Assembly (NCBI GenBank): GCA_947479905.1
Contig: CANKBJ010000002.1
Location: 3,437-67,436 of the forward strand
DNA length: 64,000 nt
Source: Bradyrhizobiaceae bacterium
GTDB lineage: Bacteria; Pseudomonadota; Alphaproteobacteria; Rhizobiales; Xanthobacteraceae
Reading direction: 5' to 3'
The translations under genes were made by a program, and so were the position numbers. Of this stretch, positions 41,008-51,869 are shown piece by piece (within the stretch, counting starts at the first letter, position 1; each line of letters starts with the position of its first letter). The notes below the pieces were generated by a model, which was given only the letters and a program-made list of their open reading frames with translations, was not told the DNA's origin and made no database searches.

Positions 41008-41922
41008 ATGGCACGCCCGCCACCTTTTAAACGATTAGCGAAAACCCCCGTGACCACATCCAAGCTTGCCCGCGTCGTCCTCTGGATGGTCGGCGCCCTG
41101 CTGTCATTTTCGGTGATGGCGGTGTCGATCCGCGAATTGTCGCGCGGCGGCATGAGCATCTTCGAGATTCTTGCCATTCGCAGCGGCGTTGCGCTTTTGG
41201 TCTTGCTCGTGCTTTTGGCGTTGCGCCCGGAACTGCGGCTGCTGACGCGGCCGCACCGCCTTGGCCTGCACGCGCTGCGCAACTGCGTGCATTACGCGGC
41301 GCAATTCGCCTGGGCGCTCAGCCTCACCATGCTGCCGCTTGCCATGGTATTCGCGCTTGAATTCACGATGCCGGCCTGGACCGCGCTATTGGCGATTTGG
41401 CTACTGGCCGAGAAAATGACGCCGAGCCGGATCGGCGTCGTCGTTTTCGGCCTGATCGGCGTCCTGGTCATCCTGCGGCCCGGCATCGCCGACTTCAATC
41501 CGGGCGCGGTGCTCGTGCTGCTGGCGGCCTTCGGCTACGCCATTACCATGATTACCACCAAGAAGCTGACATCGACCGAAACCACCTTCGCTATCATTTT
41601 CTGGATGGCGGTCATTCAGTTCCCGTTGTCGCTGATCGGCAGCGACCCGAGCAAATTCGTCCATATGCACATCAGCCACATTCTGCCCGCAATCGGCGTC
41701 GGCGTCGCAGGGCTCACGTCGCATTACTGCCTTAGTAATGCCTTCCGCGCGGGCGATGCCACCCTGGTCGTGCCGCTGGATTTCATGCGTATCCCGCTGA
41801 TCGCCGTGGTCGGCTGGGCGTTTTACAACGAAAGCCTCGATATATTCGTGCTGATCGGCGCCCTGATCATTATCGCCGGCGTGCTCTGGAACCTGCGGTC
41901 GGAGCATGCTCGGGCGCACTGA
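41008..41922 (+). CDS. DMT/EamA family transporter (start may be GTG 41050)
   Basis: About 10 TM helices, two EamA repeats. Confidence 0.88.
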   Translation: MARPPPFKRLAKTPVTTSKLARVVLWMVGALLSFSVMAVSIRELSRGGMSIFEILAIRSGVALLVLLVLLALRPELRLLTRPHRLGLHALRNCVHYAAQFAWALSLTMLPLAMVFALEFTMPAWTALLAIWLLAEKMTPSRIGVVVFGLIGVLVILRPGIADFNPGAVLVLLAAFGYAITMITTKKLTSTETTFAIIFWMAVIQFPLSLIGSDPSKFVHMHISHILPAIGVGVAGLTSHYCLSNAFRAGDATLVVPLDFMRIPLIAVVGWAFYNESLDIFVLIGALIIIAGVLWNLRSEHARAH

Positions 41923-41954
41923 CAGTCTCGCAAGACCACTCTTTTGGACGTAGA

Positions 41955-43031
41955 ATGCCCGCCATGAGATTTCCGACGATCCGATTCACCGCCGCGACCC
42001 TGATCGCCTTGACGGCCGCCGGCGCCGCATGGGCGCAGTCGCCGTCGGCCAACCCGACCTGCCAGCGGTTGGAGGCGCAGTTGGCCTCAATCGACCGCGG
42101 CAATGGCGACCCGGCGCGCGCCGACCGCATCAGGCGCGCCGAGGATGCTCTCAACCGCCAGCAGAACGAAGTCGACCGGATCGTCGAACAAGGCCGCCGC
42201 AGCAATTGCGAAAGCTCCGGCTTCTTCTCGATCTTCAGCCAACCACCGCCGCAATGCACCTCGATCAACCGGCAGATCGACCAGCAGCGTTCGACGCTCG
42301 AGCGCATGCAAATCGAATTTGAGCAGCTCAATGGCGGCACCGCCGAGCGCGCCGCGCAACGCCAGTCGGTGCTGATTTCGCTCGGCGAGAACAATTGCGG
42401 CGCGCAGTACCGCTCGGCGGCGCTGCAAGGCCAGCAAGGCGGCTTCTTCGACCGCCTATTCGGCGGCAATGGCGGAATATTCTCGACGCCGTCCGGGCCA
42501 ATGGGCAGCACCTTCCGGACCATCTGCGTGCGCACCTGCGACGGCTATTATTTCCCGATATCATTCGCTACGACGCAGGAGCGTTTCCGCGACGACGAAC
42601 AGGCTTGCCAGCGCATGTGCCCGGCGGCGGAAGTGGCGCTTTACGCCTATCATAACCCCGGCGAAGAAGTGTCGCAGGCCGTGTCGCTCGGCGGCCGGCC
42701 CTATACCGAACTGCCCAACGCCTTCGCCTATCGCAAGGCGCTGACGCCGGCCTGCGGCTGCCGCAAGCCGGGCGAAAGCTGGGCCACTGCGCTCAAATCG
42801 CTCGGCGGCGACGATACCGTCGCGCCCGGCGACGTGGTGGTGACCGAACAGAACGCCAAGCAATTGTCGCAGCCGCGCATCGGCGCCGACGGCAAGCCGA
42901 TCCGCGCGCGCGCACCGGCCAATGCGCAGGCGCCAGTCCAGCAAGGTCAGCCGGCGGCGCAAGCGCCGGCCGCGACTGAGACCAAGCGCGACGTGCGCAC
43001 GGTCGGGCCGACGTTCTTGCCGGCGCGGTAG
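41955..43031 (+). CDS. DUF2865 domain secreted protein
   Basis: Signal peptide, coiled coil, CVRTCDGYYFPIS, CP, CGC. Confidence 0.85.
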   Translation: MPAMRFPTIRFTAATLIALTAAGAAWAQSPSANPTCQRLEAQLASIDRGNGDPARADRIRRAEDALNRQQNEVDRIVEQGRRSNCESSGFFSIFSQPPPQCTSINRQIDQQRSTLERMQIEFEQLNGGTAERAAQRQSVLISLGENNCGAQYRSAALQGQQGGFFDRLFGGNGGIFSTPSGPMGSTFRTICVRTCDGYYFPISFATTQERFRDDEQACQRMCPAAEVALYAYHNPGEEVSQAVSLGGRPYTELPNAFAYRKALTPACGCRKPGESWATALKSLGGDDTVAPGDVVVTEQNAKQLSQPRIGADGKPIRARAPANAQAPVQQGQPAAQAPAATETKRDVRTVGPTFLPAR

Positions 43032-43037
43032 ACCCAA

Positions 43038-43126
43038 CTCCGTTCATTCCCGCGAAAGCGGGAATCCAGGACCACGCACTCGGAAGCGGATGCACTGGGT
43101 CCCCGCTTTGGCGGGGACGAACGGAG
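43038..43126. repeat. REP-like palindromic element related to family A
   Basis: CTCCGTTCATTCCCGCGAAAGCGGGAATCCAG...CTGGGTCCCCGCTTTGGCGGGGACGAACGGAG between convergent genes. Confidence 0.85.
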
Positions 43127-43156
43127 AAATATCCATACTTCGAAAATAGAAGACGT

Positions 43157-44899
43157 CTAAAAATCAAACGCTTCGGTTTTCACCGGCTGCCCCGTGACGA
43201 GCGAGGTGTCGGGCGACGGCAGCGGCGCTCCGGAATCGCGGAAGCGATTGGTGATCGGATAACGGCGATCGCGGCCGAAATTCTTCAACGTCACCTTGAC
43301 GCCCGGCGCCGCCTGCCGCCTTTTGTATTCGGCGATATTGAGCATGCGTTCGATGCGCACCACGGTGTCGTGGGCAAAGCCGGCGGCCACGATGGCCGAG
43401 ATCGGCTCCTCGCGCTCGACCAGCCGCTCCAGAATGGCATCGAGCACGTTATAGGGCGGCAACGAGTCTTCGTCTTTCTGGTTCTCGCGCAATTCGGCGG
43501 TCGGCGGCCGCGTGATGATGTTGTCCGGGATGACGACGCCGTCCGGCCCGAGCGCGTTAGCCGGCTTCCAGTCGTTGCGCAGCCGCGACAGGCGGAAGAC
43601 TTCGCTCTTGTAGAGATCCTTGATCGGGTTGAAGCCGCCGTTCATGTCGCCGTACAGCGTGGCGTAGCCGACCGACATTTCCGACTTGTTGCCGGTGGTT
43701 ACCACCATCAGATTGAACTTGTTGGAAATCGCCATCAGGATGGTGCCGCGCGCGCGCGCCTGCAGATTTTCCTCGGTGACGTCGCGCGGTTTTCCGGCGA
43801 AGGCCGGCGCCAGCGCCTTTTCCAGGCCCTCGACCGCCGGCGCGATCGGAATGATTTCATACGCAACGCCCAGCGCCTTCGCGCAGGCCGCCGCATCGTC
43901 GAGCGATTCCTGCGCGGTGAATTTGTACGGCATCATGACGCAGCGGACGCGCGGCGCGCCCAGCGCATCGACCGCCATCGCTGCGCATAAAGCCGAGTCG
44001 ATGCCACCCGACAGTCCGATGACGACGCCGGGAAATCCGTTCTTGTTGACGTAGTCACGCAGGCCCAAGACGCAGGCCGCGTAATCGGCGCGTTCGGCCT
44101 CGATCGCGGCGACCACCGGGCCGTTTTGGCAAATCCATGTGCCGGCGCGGCGCGCCCATTGCGTGGTGACGATGGTCTCTTCAAAAGCGCCCAGCTGGAA
44201 TGCCAGCGAGCAATCGGCATGCAGGCCGAACGAGACGCCGTCGAAGATCAGTTCGTCCTGGCCGCCGACCTGGTTGACGTAGATGGTCGGCAGGCCTTGC
44301 TCGGTAACGCGCGCCACCGCGATGTTGAGACGCACGTCGCCCTTTTGCCGCCAATACGGCGAACCGTTCGGCACGACGAGAATTTCGGCGCCGGTTTCGG
44401 CCAGGCACTCGACGATTTCATCGCCCCAGATATCCTCGCAGATCGGCACGCCAATGCGCACACCACGGAAATTGACCGGGCCCGGCATGGGGCCAGCGGC
44501 AAAGACGCGCTTTTCGTCGAACACGCCATAGTTCGGCAGATCGACCTTGAAGCGCAGCGCGGTAATGGCGCCGCCGTCGAGCAGCGCCACCGCGTTATAG
44601 AGCTTGCCGCCGTCGACCCAGGGCGTGCCGACCAATAGCGCCGGACCGCCCGACGCCGTCTCGCGCGCGAGCTTCTCGACCTCGGCGCGGCAGGCGGCCT
44701 GGAAGGCCGGCTTGAGTACCAGATCCTCCGGCGGATAACCGGCGATGAACAGTTCGGGGAAGACGACCAGATCGGCGCCCTGCTGCGCGGCGACGTCGCG
44801 CGCGCGGCGCACCTTGGCGGCATTGCCGGCAATGTCGCCGACGGTCGCATTGAGCTGCGCGCAGCAGATCGCCAGTTTGTCGGCGGGACGGTTATTCAT
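43157..44899 (-). CDS. nadE: Glutamine-dependent NAD+ synthetase
   Basis: CN-hydrolase FPEL, FDEKR, ICEDIW; synthetase SGGIDS, TGNKSE, PTAEL. Confidence 0.96.
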   Translation of the reverse strand: MNNRPADKLAICCAQLNATVGDIAGNAAKVRRARDVAAQQGADLVVFPELFIAGYPPEDLVLKPAFQAACRAEVEKLARETASGGPALLVGTPWVDGGKLYNAVALLDGGAITALRFKVDLPNYGVFDEKRVFAAGPMPGPVNFRGVRIGVPICEDIWGDEIVECLAETGAEILVVPNGSPYWRQKGDVRLNIAVARVTEQGLPTIYVNQVGGQDELIFDGVSFGLHADCSLAFQLGAFEETIVTTQWARRAGTWICQNGPVVAAIEAERADYAACVLGLRDYVNKNGFPGVVIGLSGGIDSALCAAMAVDALGAPRVRCVMMPYKFTAQESLDDAAACAKALGVAYEIIPIAPAVEGLEKALAPAFAGKPRDVTEENLQARARGTILMAISNKFNLMVVTTGNKSEMSVGYATLYGDMNGGFNPIKDLYKSEVFRLSRLRNDWKPANALGPDGVVIPDNIITRPPTAELRENQKDEDSLPPYNVLDAILERLVEREEPISAIVAAGFAHDTVVRIERMLNIAEYKRRQAAPGVKVTLKNFGRDRRYPITNRFRDSGAPLPSPDTSLVTGQPVKTEAFDF

Positions 44900-44992
44900 A
44901 TGGATTCTCTACCGCCTCGCCAACACAGCCGGCAATGGGCGCTCGCGCAACGCTCGCCCGCGGGGCCGCTGGCCCCGCAGTATTGGCCGCAA

Positions 44993-46375
44993 TTATAGGC
45001 CGGATGCCGCCTGGATCGGCCTGGCCGAACGTTCCTTGCGCAACAGGTCCGACAACAGGAAAGCCATGTCGATGGCCTGCTCGGCATTGAGCCGCGGATC
45101 GCAGACCGTGTGGTAGCGGTCGTTGAGATCGGCATCCGAAATGGCGCGCGCGCCGCCGGTGCATTCGGTGACGTTCTGCCCGGTCATCTCCAGATGCACG
45201 CCGCCGGCATGCGTGCCTTCGGCCGCGTGTACGTCGAAGAAGGCGCGCACTTCCTTCAGGATCAGGTCGAACGGCCGCGTCTTGTAGCCGGACGCCGAGG
45301 TGATGGTGTTGCCGTGCATCGGATCGCACGACCACAGCACCACCCTGCCCTCGCGCTTGAGCGCGCGCACCAGAGCCGGCAGATGATCGCCGACCTTGTC
45401 GGCGCCGAAGCGGCCGATCAATGTCAGACGACCCGGCTCATTGTCGGGATTGAGAATGTCGACAAGCTGAAGCAGATCGTCGGCCTTGAGCGACGGGCCG
45501 CACTTCAAGCCGATCGGATTCTTGATGCCGCGCGCCCATTCGATATGCGCGTGATCGTGCTGCCGGGTTCGGTCGCCGATCCAGATCATGTGGCCGGATG
45601 TGGCGTACCAGTCGCCGGTCGTCGAATCGATGCGGGTGAAGGCCTGCTCGTAGCCGAGCAGCAACGCTTCATGGCTGGTGTAGAAATCGGTGGTGCCGAG
45701 CGTCGAATCGACCGCGAAGGTCAGGCCGCAGGCGCGCATGAAATCGAGCGCGCCGGAAACGCGGTCGGCCAGATCCGAGTACGCCTTCGACTGCGGACTG
45801 TCGCTGACCGATTGCAGCATCCACTGATGCACGTTCTCGACGCTGGCGTAGCCGCCTTTGGCGAAGGCGCGCAAAAGATTCAGCGTCGCGGCCGACTGCC
45901 GATAGGCTTCGACCTGGCGGCGCGGATCGGGAATGCGCGCTTCCTTCGTGAAGGCAATGTCGTTGATGATGTCGCCGCGATAGCTCGGCAGCTCAATGCC
46001 GTCGCGCTTCTCGGTGCCGGACGAGCGCGGCTTGGCGAACTGGCCGGCGATGCGGCCGACCTTCACCACCGGCGAGGCGCCGGCGTAAGTCAGGACGATC
46101 GCCATCTGCAAAAAGACGCGGAAGAAATCGCGGATGTTGTTGGCGCCGTGCTCGGCGAAGCTTTCGGCGCAATCGCCGCCCTGCAAAAGGAAGGCCTCGC
46201 CCTGCGCGACGCGGCCGAGCGCCTTCTTCAGGTTGCGCGCCTCACCGGCAAAAACCAGCGGCGGAAACGTCGCCAACTGCTTTTCGGTATCGGCCAAAGC
46301 CTGCATATCCGGGTATTCCGGGACCTGCAGAACCGGCTTCTTGCGCCAACTATCGGGCGTCCAACGCTCAGGCAT
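44993..46375 (-). CDS. Class II DAHP synthase
   Basis: [33 protein letters not shown]. Confidence 0.96.
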   Translation of the reverse strand: MPERWTPDSWRKKPVLQVPEYPDMQALADTEKQLATFPPLVFAGEARNLKKALGRVAQGEAFLLQGGDCAESFAEHGANNIRDFFRVFLQMAIVLTYAGASPVVKVGRIAGQFAKPRSSGTEKRDGIELPSYRGDIINDIAFTKEARIPDPRRQVEAYRQSAATLNLLRAFAKGGYASVENVHQWMLQSVSDSPQSKAYSDLADRVSGALDFMRACGLTFAVDSTLGTTDFYTSHEALLLGYEQAFTRIDSTTGDWYATSGHMIWIGDRTRQHDHAHIEWARGIKNPIGLKCGPSLKADDLLQLVDILNPDNEPGRLTLIGRFGADKVGDHLPALVRALKREGRVVLWSCDPMHGNTITSASGYKTRPFDLILKEVRAFFDVHAAEGTHAGGVHLEMTGQNVTECTGGARAISDADLNDRYHTVCDPRLNAEQAIDMAFLLSDLLRKERSARPIQAASGL

Positions 46376-46456
46376 CACCAATACTCCAACGAGTTTCGGG
46401 GGTTATATACGAAACCCGACGCCGGATGCCAGTTTTTAGAAGGCCAGCGGTTAAGG

Positions 46457-47845
46457 CTATTCGGCCGCGGCCTGGCGGGTATAGCGCGCCGCCCGCTCCC
46501 GCATGGTGACCAGTTCCTCGGCCATGGTCGGATGGACGGCCATGGTGGCGTCGAAATCGGCCTTGGTAGCCCCCATTTTGACGGCGATCCCGATCACCTG
46601 GATCAGTTCGCCGGCGTCCGGGCCGGCTATATGGCAGCCGACGACCCGGCCGGATTCGACATCGACCAGGAGCTTCATGAACACCCGGGTGGCGCGGCCA
46701 GACAGTGTCGCCTTCATCGGCCGGAAGCTGGTCTTATAGACATCGACGGTGTCGAACCGGGCGCGCGCCTGGGCCTCGGTCAGGCCGATGACGCCCAATT
46801 CCGGCTCGGTGAATACCGCGGTCGGCACATCGGCATGATCGACCCTTGTCGGCTTGCCGCCATAGAGCGTGTCGGCGAAGGCATGGCCTTCGCGGATCGC
46901 TACCGGCGTCAGGTTGACGCGGTTGGTGACATCGCCGACGGCATAGATGTTCGGCACCGAGGTGCGTGAATAGTCGTCGACGGCGATGCCGCCGTGCTCA
47001 TGAAATTTTACGTTCAACGCTTCGAGCCCCAGCCTCATGACATTGGGCCGGCGGCCGATCGCGAACATCGCCTTGTCGGCCGCGACCTTGCTGCCGTCGG
47101 ACAACCGAACCAGGAATTCGTCCCCGGCCGGCTCGATCGCGGTCACTGTGTGACCGCAGGTGATCGTGATGCCGCGGGTGCTCATTTCATTGCGCAGGTG
47201 TTCGCGTATGTCGTCGTCGAAACCGCGCAGGATGTTCTCGCCGCGATAGACAAGGGTCACCTCGCTGCCGAGACCGGCGAAGATGCAGGCAAATTCGAGT
47301 GCGATATAGCCACCGCCCTGAATCACAATTCGCTCGGGCAGCGCGGTCAGATGCAGCGCTTCGTTCGAGGAAATGGCGTGCTCGATGCCGGGGATCTCCG
47401 GCCCCATATGCGGCCAGCCGCCGGTCGCGATCAGGATCGTTTCGGCGCGTACCCGCGCGCCCGAAGCCAGACGCACAGTGTGGGCGTCTTCCAGTACCGC
47501 GCGGCTGCGGACCAGTTCGACCTTGAAACGCTCGAGCGTCGACACATAGGCCGCTTCCAGCCGGTCGATTTCGCGGTCCTTGTTGGCGATCAGGGTCGGC
47601 CAACTGAAAGCCGGTGCGACGGGGACGCTCCAGCCGAAACCGGCGGCGTCCTCGAATTCATGACCGAAGCGCGAGGCATAGACCAGAAGCTTCTTCGGCA
47701 CGCACCCCCGGATCACACACGTGCCGCCGACGCGGAATTCCTCCGCCACCATGACGCGCGCGCCATAGCTCGACGCAATGCGCGCCGCGCGCACGCCGCC
47801 TGAGCCCGCCCCAATGACGAAAAGATCGACGTCGTTGTTTGCCAT
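46457..47845 (-). CDS. gor: Glutathione-disulfide reductase
   Basis: GGTCVIRGCVPKK, HPTMAEE. Confidence 0.96.
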   Translation of the reverse strand: MANNDVDLFVIGAGSGGVRAARIASSYGARVMVAEEFRVGGTCVIRGCVPKKLLVYASRFGHEFEDAAGFGWSVPVAPAFSWPTLIANKDREIDRLEAAYVSTLERFKVELVRSRAVLEDAHTVRLASGARVRAETILIATGGWPHMGPEIPGIEHAISSNEALHLTALPERIVIQGGGYIALEFACIFAGLGSEVTLVYRGENILRGFDDDIREHLRNEMSTRGITITCGHTVTAIEPAGDEFLVRLSDGSKVAADKAMFAIGRRPNVMRLGLEALNVKFHEHGGIAVDDYSRTSVPNIYAVGDVTNRVNLTPVAIREGHAFADTLYGGKPTRVDHADVPTAVFTEPELGVIGLTEAQARARFDTVDVYKTSFRPMKATLSGRATRVFMKLLVDVESGRVVGCHIAGPDAGELIQVIGIAVKMGATKADFDATMAVHPTMAEELVTMRERAARYTRQAAAE

Positions 47846-47867
47846 AAGCCGCGCCTCAACCCGTCGC

Positions 47868-48377
47868 CTAAAGCGCGTGGCCCTTTTTCTTCAGCTCTTC
47901 GCGCATCTTGACGGTGACTTCGTCGGACAGCTTGTTGGCCCAATCCTGCGCGAACTTCAAACTTGAATTGACGACATTAGCCTGTTCGACAATGAATTTC
48001 TTGCCAACGGGCGAGTTGTAGAAGGCGAGCAGATCTTTCAGCTCCTGCTCGGTGAAGTGCTCGGCGTAGATTTTTGCCACCTCGGCGGAGAGCTCGCCCA
48101 GACGCGGCGCCAGATCGGCGCGCATTTTCGCGGTAATGACATTGAGGTCGCCGGCAAGGCCGGGGTTCTGTTGCAGGAACAGAATTTTCGACTGCTCGAT
48201 GACACCGGGAATGAGGGTGGTGAACAAGGAAGTCGCGCCGCTCAATTTCACGATCTCGCCGGCGGTGGCCAGGGCGGCTGGCGTCGGCGGCGCGGCCATG
48301 GCCGGAAGCGAAGACGCCAACGCCGCGCCAACCAGGGCCAATTGCAAGGCGCGCCGGGTTGTCTGCATGAAAGTCAT
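47868..48377 (-). CDS. DUF2059 domain protein
   Basis: Signal peptide, FTEQELKDLLAFYNSPVGKK; lies between rpiA and gor. Confidence 0.85.
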   Translation of the reverse strand: MTFMQTTRRALQLALVGAALASSLPAMAAPPTPAALATAGEIVKLSGATSLFTTLIPGVIEQSKILFLQQNPGLAGDLNVITAKMRADLAPRLGELSAEVAKIYAEHFTEQELKDLLAFYNSPVGKKFIVEQANVVNSSLKFAQDWANKLSDEVTVKMREELKKKGHAL

Positions 48378-48404
48378 AGTCGTCACTCCATTTGGTTCAA
48401 AAAA

Positions 48405-49109
48405 TCAGGTCCGCTCGACGATTCTGACGCCGGCAGGCCCGCCGATAATGGCGATTTTCGCCATCCCGACAAACAGCCCATGCTCCATAACCCCCGGAAT
48501 AGCAGACAGCGCATGCGCCAAGGCCGCCGGATCGTCAATCCGGCCGAGCCGGGCGTCGATAATCCAGTGGCCCCCATCCGTGACGAAAGCATGACCGTCT
48601 TTAGCCAACCGAAGCACAAGCGCGCCACTGCGCTGAATACCGGCGATGGCCTTATCCACCGCCCGCAGCGTCGCGGTAAAACCAAAGGGGGTTACCTCGA
48701 TCGGCAGCGGAAATTGGCCAAGCCTCGCCACCCACTTGCTCTCGTCGGCGATAACCAGCATCCGCGCCGACGCCGCCGCCACGATTTTTTCGCGCAACAG
48801 CGCGCCGCCACCGCCTTTGATGAGGCTCATGTCGGGCGCGATTTCGTCGGCGCCATCCACCGTTAAATCAAGTTCCGGCGTGTCGTCGAGCGTCGTCAAC
48901 CTGATGCCACAGGCCATGGCCTGGGCATGGGTCGCCTCCGACGTCGGCACCGCGACGATGTCGAGGCCGCCGCGAACACGTTCGCCGATCAAGTCGACGA
49001 AATGCCGGGCGGTCGAGCCGGTCCCCAGCCCGAGCCGCATCCCCGGCGTGACGAAGTCGATCGCACGGGCGGCAGCGGCACGTTTCTGAGAATCGGCATC
49101 CAGGGTCAA
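48405..49109 (-). CDS. rpiA: Ribose-5-phosphate isomerase A
   Basis: [23 protein letters not shown]. Confidence 0.97.
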   Translation of the reverse strand: MTLDADSQKRAAAARAIDFVTPGMRLGLGTGSTARHFVDLIGERVRGGLDIVAVPTSEATHAQAMACGIRLTTLDDTPELDLTVDGADEIAPDMSLIKGGGGALLREKIVAAASARMLVIADESKWVARLGQFPLPIEVTPFGFTATLRAVDKAIAGIQRSGALVLRLAKDGHAFVTDGGHWIIDARLGRIDDPAALAHALSAIPGVMEHGLFVGMAKIAIIGGPAGVRIVERT

Positions 49110-49264
49110 CGCTGAAATCCTCGCCTACGATTGTGGATTTGCATTCGGGAACTGGCGGCAGGCCTGTCTAGCGCCGATCCGACGGCCTGAATAGCCGAAA
49201 ATGCCGGTCAATTAAGCGCGATATGGCCTTGCGTCACCAGCGGCCGCCGGTTAGCGATCGCTGC

Positions 49265-49963
49265 ATGTCCGCTCGTCAGTCCGCCGGCAAATCCGCCGCC
49301 ACAATCATTTTCGATCTCGACGGCACGCTGGTCGAAACCGCGCCCGATCTGGTCGCCACGCTCAATGTCGTGCTGGCGCGCGAGGGCATGGCGCCGGTGC
49401 CTTACGAGATTGCGCGCAACTTCGTCGGCGGCGGCGCAAAATTGATGATCGCGCGCGGCATCGAAGCGGAAGGCCGCGTCGTCGACGACCGCACGCTCGA
49501 TCGAATGTTTGCCGATTTCATCGCCTACTATGCCGACAACGTCGCGGTGCATTCGCGGCCGTTCCCCGGACTGATCGAGGCGCTCGATACACTGGAAGAG
49601 CGCGGCTGGCGCCTGGCCGTCTGCACCAACAAGCTCGAGCATCTCTCGGTGTTGCTGCTGAACGAATTGAAACTCACCCACCGCTTCGTGGCGATCTGCG
49701 GCCAGGATACTTTCGGCATTCAGAAGCCGGACCCGGAAATTCTTCGCCGCACGATCGCGGCCGCCGACGGTGACGTCCGGCAGTCGATCATGGTCGGCGA
49801 TTCCGAGACCGACATTCTCACCGCCCGCGCCGCCGGCATCCCGGTGATCGCGGTTGATTTCGGTTATAGCGAACGGCCCGTATCCGAATACAGTCCGGAC
49901 CGGTTGATCAGCCATTTCGCGCAACTGCCCGACCAAATTGCCGGTATTTCATTCGCCAATTGA
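49265..49963 (+). CDS. gph: Phosphoglycolate phosphatase (HAD)
   Basis: FDLDGTL, CTNK, KPDP, VGDSETD. Confidence 0.85.
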   Translation: MSARQSAGKSAATIIFDLDGTLVETAPDLVATLNVVLAREGMAPVPYEIARNFVGGGAKLMIARGIEAEGRVVDDRTLDRMFADFIAYYADNVAVHSRPFPGLIEALDTLEERGWRLAVCTNKLEHLSVLLLNELKLTHRFVAICGQDTFGIQKPDPEILRRTIAAADGDVRQSIMVGDSETDILTARAAGIPVIAVDFGYSERPVSEYSPDRLISHFAQLPDQIAGISFAN

Positions 49964-50109
49964 CCGGGTCCGCCGCATTTATGGTTAACGCGGTAAGGTT
50001 AACGGCGTGCCGCTTGTTGCCTCGCCATGGCTGTGCCCGTAATCTGCGCAAAAGGCTTAATGCCATCCGATGGCTTATCGCCTCAATCGTTTGAGTGGAC
50101 CTGGTTAAA

Positions 50110-50622
50110 ATGATGTATCGAGTGATCGCGATTGTCGGTGGCACACTGGCGCTGGGCGCATGTTCATCGACTCCGGACTGGATGAGTCTCGACGCACTAA
50201 AACCAGCACCCTACGCCGACACGGTCCGTTTTGATTCCGAACCGCCGGGCGCCGAAGCCAAGACGTCGAACGGTCAGAGCTGCCGCACACCTTGCACCCT
50301 GCCGTTGCCGGTCGAAGCGCCGCTCACCGTCACGTTTACGCTGAACGGCTATCAGCCGGAATCCGAAACCCTCGAGCCGATCACCCAATCCGGCAGTCCT
50401 CCGCAGATGCGGCCGAACCCGGTGATGGTCGAACTGACGCCGGCGCCGCCTGCGCCGAAGCCGGCCGCGAAACCGGCGGCCAGGAAACCTGCGGCCAAGC
50501 CCGCAGCGAAACCAGCGGCCAAGCCGGCGGCGGCACGCGCCCCTGCCAGCGCCCCCGCCGCAACGGCGCCCGCCCAGCAGGCCGCCCCCGCCGCGCCCTG
50601 GCCGGCCCCGCCGCGCCAGTAA
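50110..50622 (+). CDS. PEGA-like lipoprotein with Pro/Ala/Lys-rich tail
   Basis: Lipobox LGAC, SEPPGAEA...CRTPC, (PAAK)n tail. Confidence 0.75.
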   Translation: MMYRVIAIVGGTLALGACSSTPDWMSLDALKPAPYADTVRFDSEPPGAEAKTSNGQSCRTPCTLPLPVEAPLTVTFTLNGYQPESETLEPITQSGSPPQMRPNPVMVELTPAPPAPKPAAKPAARKPAAKPAAKPAAKPAAARAPASAPAATAPAQQAAPAAPWPAPPRQ

Positions 50623-50801
50623 TCCGGCTGAATCCGGGTCCCCCTGACTTTCCCGGCCGCATGGCCGGGACTAGTCGCGGGTCTGCTGGACGCTATGGTC
50701 AAGATCGGCCACACTTCCTATATGAAATGGATCCGTTGATCCGTTTGCGCTCCGCTTGGCCCTTATTCGCTTGGCGCGATCCGCCAGGCCTGGGATGACC
50801 G

Positions 50802-51848
50802 ATGGCACCGATACCTGTCGCCTCCACGATCGATATTGCCAAGGTGCCTCCGCGCGCGCTGATCGATCCCTTTGCGCGCGCCATCACTTACTTGCGTGTC
50901 TCGGTCACCGACCGCTGCGATTTCCGCTGCGTCTATTGCATGTCCGAGCACATGAGCTTCCTGCCGAAGGCCGATCTGCTCAGCCTCGAGGAACTAGACC
51001 GCCTGTGTAGTGCCTTCGTCGCCAAGGGCGTCAACAAATTGCGCTTGACCGGCGGCGAGCCTCTGGTCCGGCGCGGCATCATTACTTTGGTTGAATCGCT
51101 GTCGCGCCATCTCAAAAGCGGCGCGCTCAAGGAATTGACCCTCACCACCAACGGCTCGCAACTGGAAAAATACGCCGCCGAACTCAAAGGCCATGGCGTC
51201 GAACGCATCAACGTGTCGCTCGACACGCTGGACCCTGACAAGTTCCGCGCGATTACCCGTTGGGGCGACCTCGGCAAAGTCATGGCCGGCATCGACGCGG
51301 CGCAGGCGGCCGGGCTTGCGGTCAAGATCAACGCGGTCGCGCTCAAGGACGTCAATGAGAACGAGATCGCCGGGCTGATGGACTGGGCGCATGGCCGCGG
51401 CATGGATCTCACCGTGATCGAAGTGATGCCGCTCGGCGAGATCGGTGAGGACCGCCTCGACCAGTACTTGCCGCTGTCGATGGTGCGGGCCAGACTTTCC
51501 GAACGCTACACGCTCGACGATATCGACTATCAAACCGGCGGACCGGCGCGCTACGTCCGCGTCAAGGAAACCGGCGGACGGCTCGGCTTCATCACGCCGA
51601 TGACGCACAATTTCTGCGAGTCTTGCAACCGCGTACGCATCACCTGCACGGGTACGCTTTATATGTGCCTTGGCCAGGAAGACGCCGCCGACCTGCGCGC
51701 GCCGTTGCGTGCGTCCGAAAGCGACGATCTGGTCCATGCCGCGATCGACGACGCGATTAGCCGCAAGCCGAAAGGCCATGATTTCGTGATCGACCGGCGT
51801 CAGCATCGCCCTGCACTGTCGCGCCACATGAGCGTGACCGGCGGCTGA
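50802..51848 (+). CDS. moaA: GTP 3',8-cyclase MoaA
   Basis: [21 protein letters not shown]-terminal GG. Confidence 0.97.
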   Translation: MAPIPVASTIDIAKVPPRALIDPFARAITYLRVSVTDRCDFRCVYCMSEHMSFLPKADLLSLEELDRLCSAFVAKGVNKLRLTGGEPLVRRGIITLVESLSRHLKSGALKELTLTTNGSQLEKYAAELKGHGVERINVSLDTLDPDKFRAITRWGDLGKVMAGIDAAQAAGLAVKINAVALKDVNENEIAGLMDWAHGRGMDLTVIEVMPLGEIGEDRLDQYLPLSMVRARLSERYTLDDIDYQTGGPARYVRVKETGGRLGFITPMTHNFCESCNRVRITCTGTLYMCLGQEDAADLRAPLRASESDDLVHAAIDDAISRKPKGHDFVIDRRQHRPALSRHMSVTGG

Positions 51849-51869
51849 TAAGCGCCGCGGGCGTTGCGC

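Noticed and set aside
50440-50615. Imperfect 12-bp tandem repeats
   Set aside because: They encode a low-complexity (PAAK)n tail; not an independent DNA element
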